Below, one piece after another: positions 19,278-28,556 of a stretch of 50,706 bases of DNA. The position numbers and the translations under genes were made by a program. The stretch comes from Roseicyclus sp. GTDB lineage: Bacteria; Pseudomonadota; Alphaproteobacteria; Rhodobacterales; Rhodobacteraceae. How positions within the stretch are numbered: the stretch's first letter is position 1; each line of letters opens with the position of its first letter. The notes beneath the pieces are model-generated. The model did no database searches, was not told the origin of the DNA, and saw only the letters and a program-made list of their open reading frames with translations. Where the stretch lies: assembly GCA_025211115.1 (NCBI GenBank), contig JAOARA010000176.1, forward strand, positions 1 through 50,706, written 5' to 3'.

Positions 19278-20294
19278 ATGACAAACCCGCTTGCCGAGCT
19301 TCTGCAGACCCGCGACTGGCTTATGGCCGATGGCGCGACCGGCACGACGCTGTTCAACATGGGCCTGCAATCGGGCGACGCGCCCGAGCTGTGGAACGCC
19401 GATCATCCCGACCGGATCACCGCGCTCTACAAGGGGGCGGTCGATGCGGGCTCCGACATATTCCTGACCAATTCCTTCGGCGGCACCCGCTCGCGGCTCA
19501 AGCTGCACGATGCGCAGGACCGCGCCTACGAGCTGAACAAGCTCGCCGCCGAGATCGGGCGCGAGGTGGCGGACGCCTCGGGCCGCCGCGTGATCGTGGC
19601 GGGCTCGATGGGCCCGACGGGCGAGATCATGGCCCCCATGGGCCCCCTCACCCACGAGGCCGCGGTCGAGATGTTCCACGAACAGGCCGAGGGGTTGCGC
19701 GACGGCGGCGCGGATGTGCTCTGGGTCGAGACGATCAGCGCGCCCGAGGAATATGCCGCCGCGGCCCAGGCCTGCGCGATGGCCGGCATGGACTGGTGCG
19801 GCACCATGAGCTTCGACACCGCGGGGCGCACGATGATGGGCCTGACCTCGGCGGGGATGGCGGAGATGGTCGAGAAACTCGACCACGCGCCGCTGGCCTA
19901 TGGCGCGAATTGCGGCGTCGGGGCCTCGGACCTGTTGCGCACGGTGCTGGGCTTTCGCGCCGCGGGCTCGGAGCGCCCCGTCATCGCCAAGGGCAACGCG
20001 GGCATCCCCAAGTATCACGACGGCCACATCCACTACGACGGCACGCCGGAGCTGATGGCGCGCTACGCGGTCATGGCCCGCGACGCGGGCGCCACGATCA
20101 TCGGCGGTTGCTGCGGCACCACGCCCGAACACCTGCGCGCCATGCGCAAGGCGCTGGAAGAGACGCCGCGCGGCGCGGCCCCGGCGCTGGAAGAGATCGC
20201 CGAGGTTCTCGGCGGCTTCTCCTCGGGCTCGGATGGCACCGACGACAACGGCCCCAAGCGCGAGCGCACGAGCCGCCGCCGCGCAAAAGGCTAA
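19278..20294 (+). CDS. bmt: Homocysteine S-methyltransferase domain protein (Bmt; component of split methionine synthase)
   Basis: ADGATGT, TNSFGG, AGSMGPTG, GANCGVG and GGCCGTTPEH Zn ligands; stand-alone MetH N-terminal domain. Confidence 0.9.
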   Translation: MTNPLAELLQTRDWLMADGATGTTLFNMGLQSGDAPELWNADHPDRITALYKGAVDAGSDIFLTNSFGGTRSRLKLHDAQDRAYELNKLAAEIGREVADASGRRVIVAGSMGPTGEIMAPMGPLTHEAAVEMFHEQAEGLRDGGADVLWVETISAPEEYAAAAQACAMAGMDWCGTMSFDTAGRTMMGLTSAGMAEMVEKLDHAPLAYGANCGVGASDLLRTVLGFRAAGSERPVIAKGNAGIPKYHDGHIHYDGTPELMARYAVMARDAGATIIGGCCGTTPEHLRAMRKALEETPRGAAPALEEIAEVLGGFSSGSDGTDDNGPKRERTSRRRAKG

Positions 20295-20890
20295 TGGCCC
20301 GGCTTGCGCGCAACGAAATCCACCAGCGCGGAGCGGCCCGAATGGGCCGTTCCCTCGTCGATCTCGGCGTCGTAATCGGCGCTGTGCAGGATCTCCCAGC
20401 CGGCAAAGGCCTCGGCCAGCAGGGCCTCGGTATACATGTTCTCGGCGGCCTTCGGACCGCCCGTGCCATAGCCCACCTGCCGCGGCGCATAGCCGTGCAG
20501 AAGGAGCACCCCACCGGGACGCAAGGCCTCGGCGAAGCGTGCGAAGGCCGCCGCGCGCGCCGCGGGGGGCAGGAACTGGATGAAGACCGCGACCAGCGCA
20601 TCGACCGGTTCGGACCAGTCCCACGCCTCGAGCGTGGAGACCTGGAAGGCGACCTCGACCTCGGCCGCGGCGGCCAGCGCACGGGCCTTGGCGATGGCAT
20701 TGGGGCTGATGTCGAAGGCGGTGACCTGATGGCCGAGCCGGGCGAGGTGAACGGCATTGCGCCCCTCGCCGTCGGCAACCGACAGCACCCGCGCGCCCGG
20801 CGGCAGATGATGCGCCTGCGCCACCAGGAAGGCCGCGGGGGCCTGCCCGAAAAGATAATCCTCGCGCGCGTAGCGGCTGTCCCAGTCCAT
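20291..20890 (-). CDS. Class I SAM-dependent methyltransferase (TehB-like)
   Basis: MDWDSRY...YLFGQAP, VLSVADGEGRNAVHLA, VTAFDIS, LRPGG. Confidence 0.9.
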   Translation of the reverse strand: MDWDSRYAREDYLFGQAPAAFLVAQAHHLPPGARVLSVADGEGRNAVHLARLGHQVTAFDISPNAIAKARALAAAAEVEVAFQVSTLEAWDWSEPVDALVAVFIQFLPPAARAAAFARFAEALRPGGVLLLHGYAPRQVGYGTGGPKAAENMYTEALLAEAFAGWEILHSADYDAEIDEGTAHSGRSALVDFVARKPGH

Positions 20891-20946
20891 CGTGATCTCC
20901 CGGCTGTTAGGCGCACGTTAACCGCACCGGTGGCAGAGTTGGAGCC

Positions 20947-21198
20947 ATGCCGGATCTTTTTTCAATCGCCCCGCCCAATCCGCCAAGCGTCGACCCCGAG
21001 CTCTGGCTTCACCACATGTTCTCGTCGGATGCCGCGATCCGCGGCGGCGTCGTCCGACGAAAGGCCCGCGATGTCGAGCGCATCGTCGGCTGGCCGCGCT
21101 TTCGCGCGGAGCTGCACCGGCGCGGCTACCGCGCCGTGGTCAACGGCGGGCAGGTCGTGGTGTTCTGCAACGCCGAACCCTTGCGCAGGCTCGACTGA
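20947..21198 (+). CDS. Small basic protein of unknown function (83 aa)
   Basis: GGAG SD before ATG, GC3-rich codons; WLHHMFSS..AIRGGVVRRK..VERIVG..F..EL.RRGY..V.NGGQVVVFCN resembles a Rhodobacteraceae family that I recall being auto-labelled phosphoribosylanthranilate isomerase. It is too short for a TrpF barrel. Confidence 0.8.
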   Translation: MPDLFSIAPPNPPSVDPELWLHHMFSSDAAIRGGVVRRKARDVERIVGWPRFRAELHRRGYRAVVNGGQVVVFCNAEPLRRLD

Positions 21199-21204
21199 GG
21201 CGCC

Positions 21205-21294
21205 CCGGTTTCTTGCAAGAAACCGGCCAGAGCCTTGCAAGGCTCTGGTTCACGCCCTTGCAAGGGCGTGGCGAGAATTTTGCAAAATTCTCGC
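21205..21294. repeat. Array of four abutting perfect palindromes with TTGCAA cores
   Basis: ccggtttcttgcaagaaaccgg (21205-21226), ccagagccttgcaaggctctgg (21227-21248), cacgcccttgcaagggcgtg (21251-21270), gcgagaattttgcaaaattctcgc (21271-21294). Confidence 0.95.
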
Positions 21295-21461
21295 GGGGCG
21301 CCCGCAGCCATCCCCTGCGCGCAACGACCGGGGCGAAAACAATCCCTGCGGGTCGCGCGGCGCGCGGCCCATGTCGCAATTCGGCATTCGCCGGGACGTA
21401 ATTCGACTACGAACCAATCCACACGCGCATCGCGCGGGGCCAGCAGACAGGAGACGCGCCC

Positions 21462-22166
<705 letters not shown>

Positions 22167-22191
22167 GCGGCGCCGCCTCTGCGGTAGCGAC

Positions 22192-22230
22192 AACCGGCCC
22201 GGCCTTTTGAGGCTGGGCCGGTTTCGTTTT
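22192..22230 (+). terminator. Intrinsic terminator after the corrinoid gene
   Basis: aaccggcccggcct-tttg-aggctgggccggtt followed by tcgtttt. Confidence 0.8.
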
Positions 22231-22248
22231 CCAAGGTAATGGGGGCAC

Positions 22249-22674
22249 ATGGCCGTTTCCGTCTTCATCGCACGCCGCATCGACGCGGGCCTCTTCCGAC
22301 ACGTCCACGAGGACGTGTTCGATGCCCCCCCCGATCCGCTTCTGACCGATGACTTCCTGGCCGCCCCGCATCTGCACATCGCCGTCGCCGTGGAACGCGA
22401 CCTGATGGTGGGCATGTGCTCGGGCGTGGTGCATCACCACCCCGACAAGCCGCCGCAATGGTGGATCAACGAGATCGGGGTCGCCGGCCCATGGCGCAGG
22501 CTGGGCATCGGCACCCGGCTGGTGATGACCTGCATGGATCATGCCCGCAGGCTCGGCTGCACCGACATCTGGGTGGTGTCCGACCCCACCGACATGGCCG
22601 AGGGCTTCTGGCAGAGCCTGCGCTGGAGCCGGACCGGCACGCGGCTGGCGATGTTCTCGCACCCGCTGGACTGA
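22249..22674 (+). CDS. GNAT family N-acetyltransferase
   Basis: WWINEIGVAGPWRRLGIGTRL (acetyl-CoA motif A), AEGFWQSL. Confidence 0.85.
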   Translation: MAVSVFIARRIDAGLFRHVHEDVFDAPPDPLLTDDFLAAPHLHIAVAVERDLMVGMCSGVVHHHPDKPPQWWINEIGVAGPWRRLGIGTRLVMTCMDHARRLGCTDIWVVSDPTDMAEGFWQSLRWSRTGTRLAMFSHPLD

Positions 22675-22716
22675 CCGGGTCTTGCGCTTTGCCGCCCGTG
22701 GGCGTTTGGTCGGCCC

Positions 22717-23451
22717 ATGACGATCTACGCCATCGGCGACATCCACGGCCATCTCGACCTGCTCCGCGCGGCCCATGACCGCGTGGAGGACGACCGGGCG
22801 CGCGAAGGCACCGCCGCTGCGCCGCTGGTGCATCTGGGCGACCTGGTCGATCGGGGACCGGACAGCGCGGGCGTGGTCGCCTTCGTCATGGCGCGTCACG
22901 CCGAGGATGCGCGCATCGAAACGCTGACCAGCAATCACGACAGGATGTTCAGCCGGTTCCTCGAACCGGTCCCGCGCCCGGACCCGAGGCTTCGCGCCGG
23001 TCTGGACTATATCAACCCGCGGGTGGGCGGGCTGGACACGCTGGCCTCCTACGGGGTCGCGCGGGACGCGGACGACCCGCACGGCGCGGCCCGCGCCGCG
23101 GTGCCCGAAGCGCACCTCGCCTTCCTGCGCGAGCGCCCGGCGTCCCTTGCGACGCCGCAGGTGTTCCTCGCCCATGCCGGGGTCCGCCCCGGCCGGCCGC
23201 TCGAGGCGCAGGAGATCGACGACCTCGTCTGGATAAGGGAGCCGTTCCTGAGCGACACCCGCGACCATGGCGCGCTGGTGGTCCACGGTCACACCCCGGT
23301 CGAACAGGTCGAGCTGCACCCCAACCGGCTCGCCATCGACACCGGGGCCGCCTATGGCGGTCCGGTAAGCGCCGTCGCCATCGAGGAGGACGGGCGCGTC
23401 TTCGTCCTGACCGACACGGGCCGCGTCCCCGTCAGGCCCATCGCACCATGA
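22717..23451 (+). CDS. Calcineurin-like metallophosphoesterase (Ser/Thr phosphatase/ApaH-like)
   Basis: GDIHG, GDLVDRG, SNHD, HAG, HGHT, IDTGA motifs. Confidence 0.9.
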   Translation: MTIYAIGDIHGHLDLLRAAHDRVEDDRAREGTAAAPLVHLGDLVDRGPDSAGVVAFVMARHAEDARIETLTSNHDRMFSRFLEPVPRPDPRLRAGLDYINPRVGGLDTLASYGVARDADDPHGAARAAVPEAHLAFLRERPASLATPQVFLAHAGVRPGRPLEAQEIDDLVWIREPFLSDTRDHGALVVHGHTPVEQVELHPNRLAIDTGAAYGGPVSAVAIEEDGRVFVLTDTGRVPVRPIAP

Positions 23452-24338
23452 TGCCGCCCCGCGATCTCGCCCTCGTGGGCCTCGTCATCCTCGCCTGGGG
23501 GTCGAATTTCAGCGCGATGAAACTCGCGCTCGAAGAGCTGCCGCCGCTTCTCTTCGTCGGGCTGCGTTTCGCCATCCTCGTGCCCTTCCTCGCGCTGTTT
23601 CCACGCCCCGCGGGCTGGCCCGCGATCCTCGCGGTGGGCGCGCTGATCAACATGGGCCAGTTCGGCTTCCTGTTCTCCGCCCTGCAGGCCGACGTGACCG
23701 CGGGCCTCGCCTCGCTCATCCTGCAAAGCCAGGCGCCGCTCACGATCCTTCTGGCCTGGCTGGCCTACGGGGAGCGCATCACCTGGGTGCAGGGCCTCGG
23801 CATCGGGCTGGCGGCCTGCGGGCTGGCGGGGTTCGGGCTGGCCTCGGGGGGCAACATCACGCTCATCGGCCTCGGCCTGATCCTCTGCGGCGCGCTCTGC
23901 TGGGCCTGCGGCAACCTCGTCTTCCGCCGCCTGCCCGGCGTCGACATGCTGGCGCTGTTCCTCTGGGCCAGCCTCGTGCCGCCGCTGCCGATGCTCGGCC
24001 TGTCGCTGATCACCGAAACCGCGGACCCCTGGGGCGCGATCATGGCCCTCAGCCCGGCGGGCTGGGGCGCTGTGGTCTACGTGGCGCTGATCTCGACCGT
24101 GCTGGGCTACTCGATCTGGGGCACGCTGCTGTCGCGGCATCCGGCGGCCATGGTCACGCCCTTCGCGCTGCTGATCCCCGTGGTGGGGCTGGCCACAGCG
24201 GCGGTGGTGCTGGGCGAGCGCGTGACCGGGGCCGAGGCGCTGGCGGGGCTGACCGTGCTCGCCGGGCTCGCCCTTGCCGTTCTGGGGCCACGATATGCCG
24301 CGCGCAGGGCTTCCCGACGCGCGCCCCCTGCCCCATGA
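23448..24338 (+). CDS. EamA/DMT family exporter
   Basis: About 10 TM helices; WGSNF, PPLLFVGLRF, AGLASLILQSQAPLT, TPFALLIPVVG. Confidence 0.9.
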   Translation: MMPPRDLALVGLVILAWGSNFSAMKLALEELPPLLFVGLRFAILVPFLALFPRPAGWPAILAVGALINMGQFGFLFSALQADVTAGLASLILQSQAPLTILLAWLAYGERITWVQGLGIGLAACGLAGFGLASGGNITLIGLGLILCGALCWACGNLVFRRLPGVDMLALFLWASLVPPLPMLGLSLITETADPWGAIMALSPAGWGAVVYVALISTVLGYSIWGTLLSRHPAAMVTPFALLIPVVGLATAAVVLGERVTGAEALAGLTVLAGLALAVLGPRYAARRASRRAPPAP

Positions 24339-24345
24339 TCGCCCC

Positions 24346-24975
24346 ATGACACGTCTCGACGACCAGACGCTCACCGAGACCGGCCTTGCGCCCGAAGGGC
24401 GGGGCCGCGTGCTGCTGATCGGCTGCGGCGCGCTGGCGCGCGAAATCCTCGACCTCAAGGCCGCGAACGGCTGGGACCACCTCGACCTGCATTGCCTGCC
24501 CGCGATCCTGCACAACCACCCCGAGAAGATCCCCGCCGCCGTCGAAGAGGCGGTGACGGCGCGGCGCGGCGATTACCAACAGGTCCTGGTCCTGTATGCG
24601 GATTGCGGCACCGGCGGGCTGTTGCAGGCAACCTGCGCGCGGCTGGGTGTGGAGATGCTGGAGGGCCCGCATTGCTACAGCTTCTTCGAAGGCAACGCCG
24701 CTTTCGCCGCGCGTGAGGAGATGACGGCCTTCTACCTGACCGATTTCCTCGTCCGGCAATTCGATGCCTTCGTGACCCGGCCCCTCGGCCTCGACCGGCA
24801 CCCGCAACTGCGCGACATGTATTTCGGCAATTACACCACGCTGGTCTACCAGGCGCAGACCGACGACGCCGAGCTGACCGAGAAGGCCCGCGCCTGCGCG
24901 GCGTTTCTCGGTCTGGACTTCGAGCGCCGCTTCAGCGGCTACGGTGACCTCGAACGGGCGCTCCGCCGGGTCTGA
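24346..24975 (+). CDS. DUF1638 domain protein
   Basis: IGCGALAREI, CLPAILHNHP, YADCGTGG, GPHCY, FYLTDFL, YFGNY; conserved Cys pattern; clustered with corrinoid genes. Confidence 0.85.
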   Translation: MTRLDDQTLTETGLAPEGRGRVLLIGCGALAREILDLKAANGWDHLDLHCLPAILHNHPEKIPAAVEEAVTARRGDYQQVLVLYADCGTGGLLQATCARLGVEMLEGPHCYSFFEGNAAFAAREEMTAFYLTDFLVRQFDAFVTRPLGLDRHPQLRDMYFGNYTTLVYQAQTDDAELTEKARACAAFLGLDFERRFSGYGDLERALRRV

Positions 24976-24980
24976 GGCGC

Positions 24981-25047
24981 CGGAAAACTCGAGTTTTCCG
25001 ACGCGGAAAGCTGCAGCTTTCCGAACCCGAAAAACTGCAGTTTTTCG
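24981..25047. repeat. Array of three 20-bp perfect palindromes
   Basis: cggaaaactcgagttttccg (24981-25000), cggaaagctgcagctttccg (25004-25023), cgaaaaactgcagtttttcg (25028-25047); fills the gap between two convergent stop codons. Confidence 0.95.
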
Positions 25048-25053
25048 CCCCCC

Positions 25054-25482
25054 TCACGCGGCGGCTTTTGCCGCCGCCAGCGATCGGATCCGCTCCACCA
25101 TCGCCCTCAGCCCGTTCGAGCGTTGCGAGGAGAGGTGATCGTTCAGCCCCAGCCGCGCCAGCTCGCCGCCCGCATCCACCTTCAGCACCTCGCCCACGCT
25201 CAACCCGTCATAGAGCGCGTGCAGCACCGCGATCAGCCCGCGCACGATCATCGCGTCGCTGTCGCCGCGGAAATGAAAGGTCGCGCCGGCCCCGTCGCCT
25301 TCGATCCGCGGCAGGATCCAGACCTGGCTCGCGCAGCCGTCCACCTTGGTCGCGGGCACCTTTACCGCGTCCTCCAGCGGCTCCATCGCCTTGCCCAGCT
25401 CGATGACATGGCGATAGCGCTCCTCCCAGTCGTCGAGGAACTCGAAGGTGTCGGCGATCTCTTCGAAGGCGGGGGTGGCCAT
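25054..25482 (-). CDS. sufE: SufE family Fe-S sulfur acceptor
   Basis: FEFLDDWEERYRHVIELGK, KVDGCASQVW, GDSDAMIVRGL, LSSQRSNGL. Confidence 0.93.
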   Translation of the reverse strand: MATPAFEEIADTFEFLDDWEERYRHVIELGKAMEPLEDAVKVPATKVDGCASQVWILPRIEGDGAGATFHFRGDSDAMIVRGLIAVLHALYDGLSVGEVLKVDAGGELARLGLNDHLSSQRSNGLRAMVERIRSLAAAKAAA

Positions 25483-25628
25483 CGGTCTTCTCTCCGCTCG
25501 GTCGGTCAATGTCGGTGCCCCTGACCTATGCCGCCGGGCCACGCCCGTCCAGAGCCGGGTTTTCCTCGCTTTTCATCGCGCGCCGGGTGCGCTACCCAAG
25601 ACGGGCACGACCCCGACGGAGAGACCCG

Positions 25629-26075
25629 ATGCTGCGCGTGATCCTCAGCCTTGCCCTGGTGACCAGCCTTGCGGCCTGCGGCGCAAGCCGCCTGAACCCG
25701 CTCAACTGGTTCGGCGGCGACCGCGAGACGCGGGTCGAGACCGTCGAAGCGGAAGAGCCCGCCGATCTGCGTGGCCTCGTGGCCGAGGTCACCGCGCTTT
25801 CGGTCGAGGCGACCTCGCAAGGTGCCATCATCCGCGCCACCGGCCTGCCGCCCACCCAGGGCTTCTGGGAAGCCGAACTGGTCGAGGTCGCGCGCGGCGA
25901 GGGTGCCATCACCTATGAATTCCGGGTCTTCCCGCCGGTCACGCCCACGCGGGTCAGCACGCCGCAATCGCGCGAAGTGATCACCGGCACCCAGCTGAGC
26001 AACCGCGAGCTGGCCGAGATCCGCAGGGTCACCGTGATCGCCGCGCAGAACAGCCGGACCGTCAGCCGCCGCTGA
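25629..26075 (+). CDS. Putative lipoprotein
   Basis: Lipobox LAAC followed by SRLNPLNWFG; GGAGAG SD. Confidence 0.8.
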   Translation: MLRVILSLALVTSLAACGASRLNPLNWFGGDRETRVETVEAEEPADLRGLVAEVTALSVEATSQGAIIRATGLPPTQGFWEAELVEVARGEGAITYEFRVFPPVTPTRVSTPQSREVITGTQLSNRELAEIRRVTVIAAQNSRTVSRR

Positions 26076-26118
26076 GGCGGCGCGACAGGCCGCGGGCGCA
26101 AGTCAAAGGGTCAGCCGG

Positions 26119-27279
26119 TCAGACCGGAACGATCCTGACCTGGTCGCCGACCGCCGACAGGGCGATCTCGCCACGCAGAAGCCGCAGCGCATCCTCGCCG
26201 AAAACCTCGCGCCGCCAGCCGGTCGCCCAGATCCCGTCATGCGCCCCGCAGGCGATGTCGTCGAGATCCGAGGAGGAGGCGATCAGCTTGGCCGCGACGC
26301 CCGCCTGCTCGGCCTTGGCCTTGAGCAGAACGCGCAACAGGTCGGCCAGCGCGGGGTTCATGTTCGACCGGTCGCGCCCTTCCTCGGGCTTGGGCTGCTT
26401 CTCGCCGGGCAGCTCCAGGCCACGGCGCACCGCGGCGACCAGCCCGTCGGCGATCTCGCCCTTGCGCGCGTCCCGCAGCAAGAGCCGCGACTTGGACAGG
26501 TCGGCCAGCGATTTCGGCTTGGTCGAGGCCAGCTCCATCAGCGCGTCGTCCTTCAACACGCGGTTGCGCGGGATATTCTTGGTCTGGGCATATGTCTCGC
26601 GGAAGGCCGCCAGCTCCCGCGCGATGGCCAGTGTCTTGCCCGAATTGGTGCGCAGCTTCAGCCGCTTCCACGCCTCGGTCGGGTCGGTGACATAGGCCTC
26701 GGCATTGGTCAGCGCCGTAAGCTCTTCCTCGAGCCAGTGGGTCCGGCCCGTGCGCGCCAGTTCGCCCGCGAGATGCTCGTAGATCTGGCGCAGGTGGGTC
26801 ACATCGGCCAGCGCATAGGTCTTCTGCGCATCCGAGAGCGGCCGGCGCGACCAGTCGGTGAACCGCGAGGACTTGTCCAGCGGCGCGCGCGCGATCTTGC
26901 GCACCAGCGTCTCGTAGCCGACCTGGTCGCCGAAACCGCAAACCATCGCGGCGACCTGCGTGTCGAAGAGCGGCGCGGGCACCACGCCGCCTTCGACATG
27001 GAAGATCTCGAGGTCCTGGCGTGCGGCATGGAACACCTTGACCACGCCGGGCGCTCGAAAGAGCTCGTAGAGCGGATCGAGCGACAGCCCCTCGGCCAGC
27101 GGATCGACCAGCACCGCATCCGCGTCATCGGTGCCCGGCAGCGCAAGCTGCACAAGGCAGAGCTGCGCGAAATAGGTGCGTTCGCGCAGGAACTCGGTGT
27201 CGACGGTGACGTAGGGGGCGTCTGCCGCGCGGGCGCAGAAGGCGGCGAGGGCGTCGGTGGTGGTCAGGGTCTGGATCAA
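26119..27279 (-). CDS. rnd: Ribonuclease D
   Basis: VDTEFLRERTY, KVFHAARQDLE, DTQVAA, TDWSRRPL, YALADV; HRDC region; TTG start. Confidence 0.95.
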   Translation of the reverse strand: MIQTLTTTDALAAFCARAADAPYVTVDTEFLRERTYFAQLCLVQLALPGTDDADAVLVDPLAEGLSLDPLYELFRAPGVVKVFHAARQDLEIFHVEGGVVPAPLFDTQVAAMVCGFGDQVGYETLVRKIARAPLDKSSRFTDWSRRPLSDAQKTYALADVTHLRQIYEHLAGELARTGRTHWLEEELTALTNAEAYVTDPTEAWKRLKLRTNSGKTLAIARELAAFRETYAQTKNIPRNRVLKDDALMELASTKPKSLADLSKSRLLLRDARKGEIADGLVAAVRRGLELPGEKQPKPEEGRDRSNMNPALADLLRVLLKAKAEQAGVAAKLIASSSDLDDIACGAHDGIWATGWRREVFGEDALRLLRGEIALSAVGDQVRIVPV

Positions 27280-27391
27280 GGGCGCTGGTCTTTTCGCGGC
27301 AGGTCACAAAACTGGCCGCTGCATAGGCGAGCCGGGCCAGAAAGGAAAGAGGCCGCGTCCCGCGCCCCCTGCCCGCGTCCGGTGCCGGCGC

Positions 27392-28354
27392 TCAATGCCC
27401 CTTGGCCCCGCCAAGCCCCGCGGCGCGCAGAACCGGTGCCAGCACGCGGGCCACCAGCGGCATCAGCGCGGTGCCGAGCGCAAGGCCCAGCGCCCCGTGC
27501 AGCACGGCGCCCGCCAGCCATTCCGCGAAACCGCCCAGCGCGGCGAAGGCATGGGCGATGGCGTGAACCACGCCCTCGGGTCCGTGCCAGCCCATGCCGG
27601 CCAGCGCATGCGTGACAATGGCCCCGCCCACCCAGAGCATCGCGCCCGTGCCCACCACCATCAGCGCCTTCAGGAACCCCGGCATCCCCCGCACGATCCC
27701 GCGGCCCAGGGCCCGGCCCAGCCCTGTCCGCCCCGCCTCGGCCATGTGCAGGCCGATGTCGTCCGCCTTCACGATCAGCGCGACCGAGCCGTAGACCAGC
27801 GCCGTGATCGCCAGCCCCACGATCAGAAGCGCCGCGGCCTCGAACCAGATCTGGTCGGTCTCGAGGGCGGCCAGCGCGATGGTCATGATCTCGGCCGACA
27901 GGATGAAATCGGTCTTGATCGCGCCCTTCACCTTCTGCTCCTCCAGGTGGGCGGCATCGACGATCTTATCGGCGACCGGCGTGGCGTGATCGGCGGGCGG
28001 GTTCAGCCAGTGCCAGATCTTCTCGGCCCCCTCGAAACAGAGGTAGAAGCCCCCCAGCATCAGCAGCGGCGCGATGGCCCAGGGCGCGAAGGCCGAGAGC
28101 AGCAGCGCCGCGGGCAGCAGGATCACCACCTTGTTGAAGATCGAGCCCTTGGCGATCTTCCACACGATGGGCAATTCGCGCGCAGGCGCGAAGCCGTGGA
28201 CGTATTTCGGCGTCACCGCCGCGTCGTCGATCACCGCGCCCGCGGCCTTGGCCCCGGCCTTGGTCGCCTGCCCGATCACGTCGTCGACCGAGGCCGCGGC
28301 CACCTTGGCGATGGCCGCCACATCGTCGAGCAATGCCAGAAGTCCGCTTGCCAT
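27392..28354 (-). CDS. DUF808 (YedI-like) inner membrane protein
   Basis: MASGLLALLDDVAAIAK, IDDAAVTP, RELPIVWKIAKGS, GAIKTDFILSAEIM. Confidence 0.9.
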   Translation of the reverse strand: MASGLLALLDDVAAIAKVAAASVDDVIGQATKAGAKAAGAVIDDAAVTPKYVHGFAPARELPIVWKIAKGSIFNKVVILLPAALLLSAFAPWAIAPLLMLGGFYLCFEGAEKIWHWLNPPADHATPVADKIVDAAHLEEQKVKGAIKTDFILSAEIMTIALAALETDQIWFEAAALLIVGLAITALVYGSVALIVKADDIGLHMAEAGRTGLGRALGRGIVRGMPGFLKALMVVGTGAMLWVGGAIVTHALAGMGWHGPEGVVHAIAHAFAALGGFAEWLAGAVLHGALGLALGTALMPLVARVLAPVLRAAGLGGAKGH

Positions 28355-28420
28355 GACCTGCCCCTTTTGCACCTTTCACACGTCACGGGGCACTCTACCG
28401 CCCATGCCCCGCGCCACAAG

Positions 28421-28465
28421 TGTTAGCGCAAACCAGCGATGTTTCCGCTAACGGTTACGCTAACA
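28421..28465. promoter_or_regulatory. Three tandem LacI-type (CceR-like) operator candidates upstream of the first gap
   Basis: TGTTAGCGCAAACC (28421-34), TGTTTCCGCTAACG (28440-53), GGTTACGCTAACA (28453-65); same motif as 34574-34587. Confidence 0.65.
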
Positions 28466-28556
28466 TGCGGGAAATCCATGGATTCCGGCTTGGCGGCTGC
28501 GCCCCCTTTCGCTATCGCAGCGACAACCGCTGCGCGAACGGACGAAAGGTTCATCC

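Noticed and set aside
20947-21198. trpF label for the 83-aa protein
   Set aside because: TrpF is a roughly 200-aa TIM barrel; no TrpF motifs are present.
21279-21286. TTTGCAAA as a PccR/ScfR operator
   Set aside because: That operator is two TTTGCAAA boxes 4 bp apart; here there is one box inside a longer palindrome with a 22-bp period.
21205-21294. Palindrome arrays (also 24981-25047) as CRISPR
   Set aside because: No repeat-spacer alternation, the units are not identical repeats, and there are no cas genes in the window.
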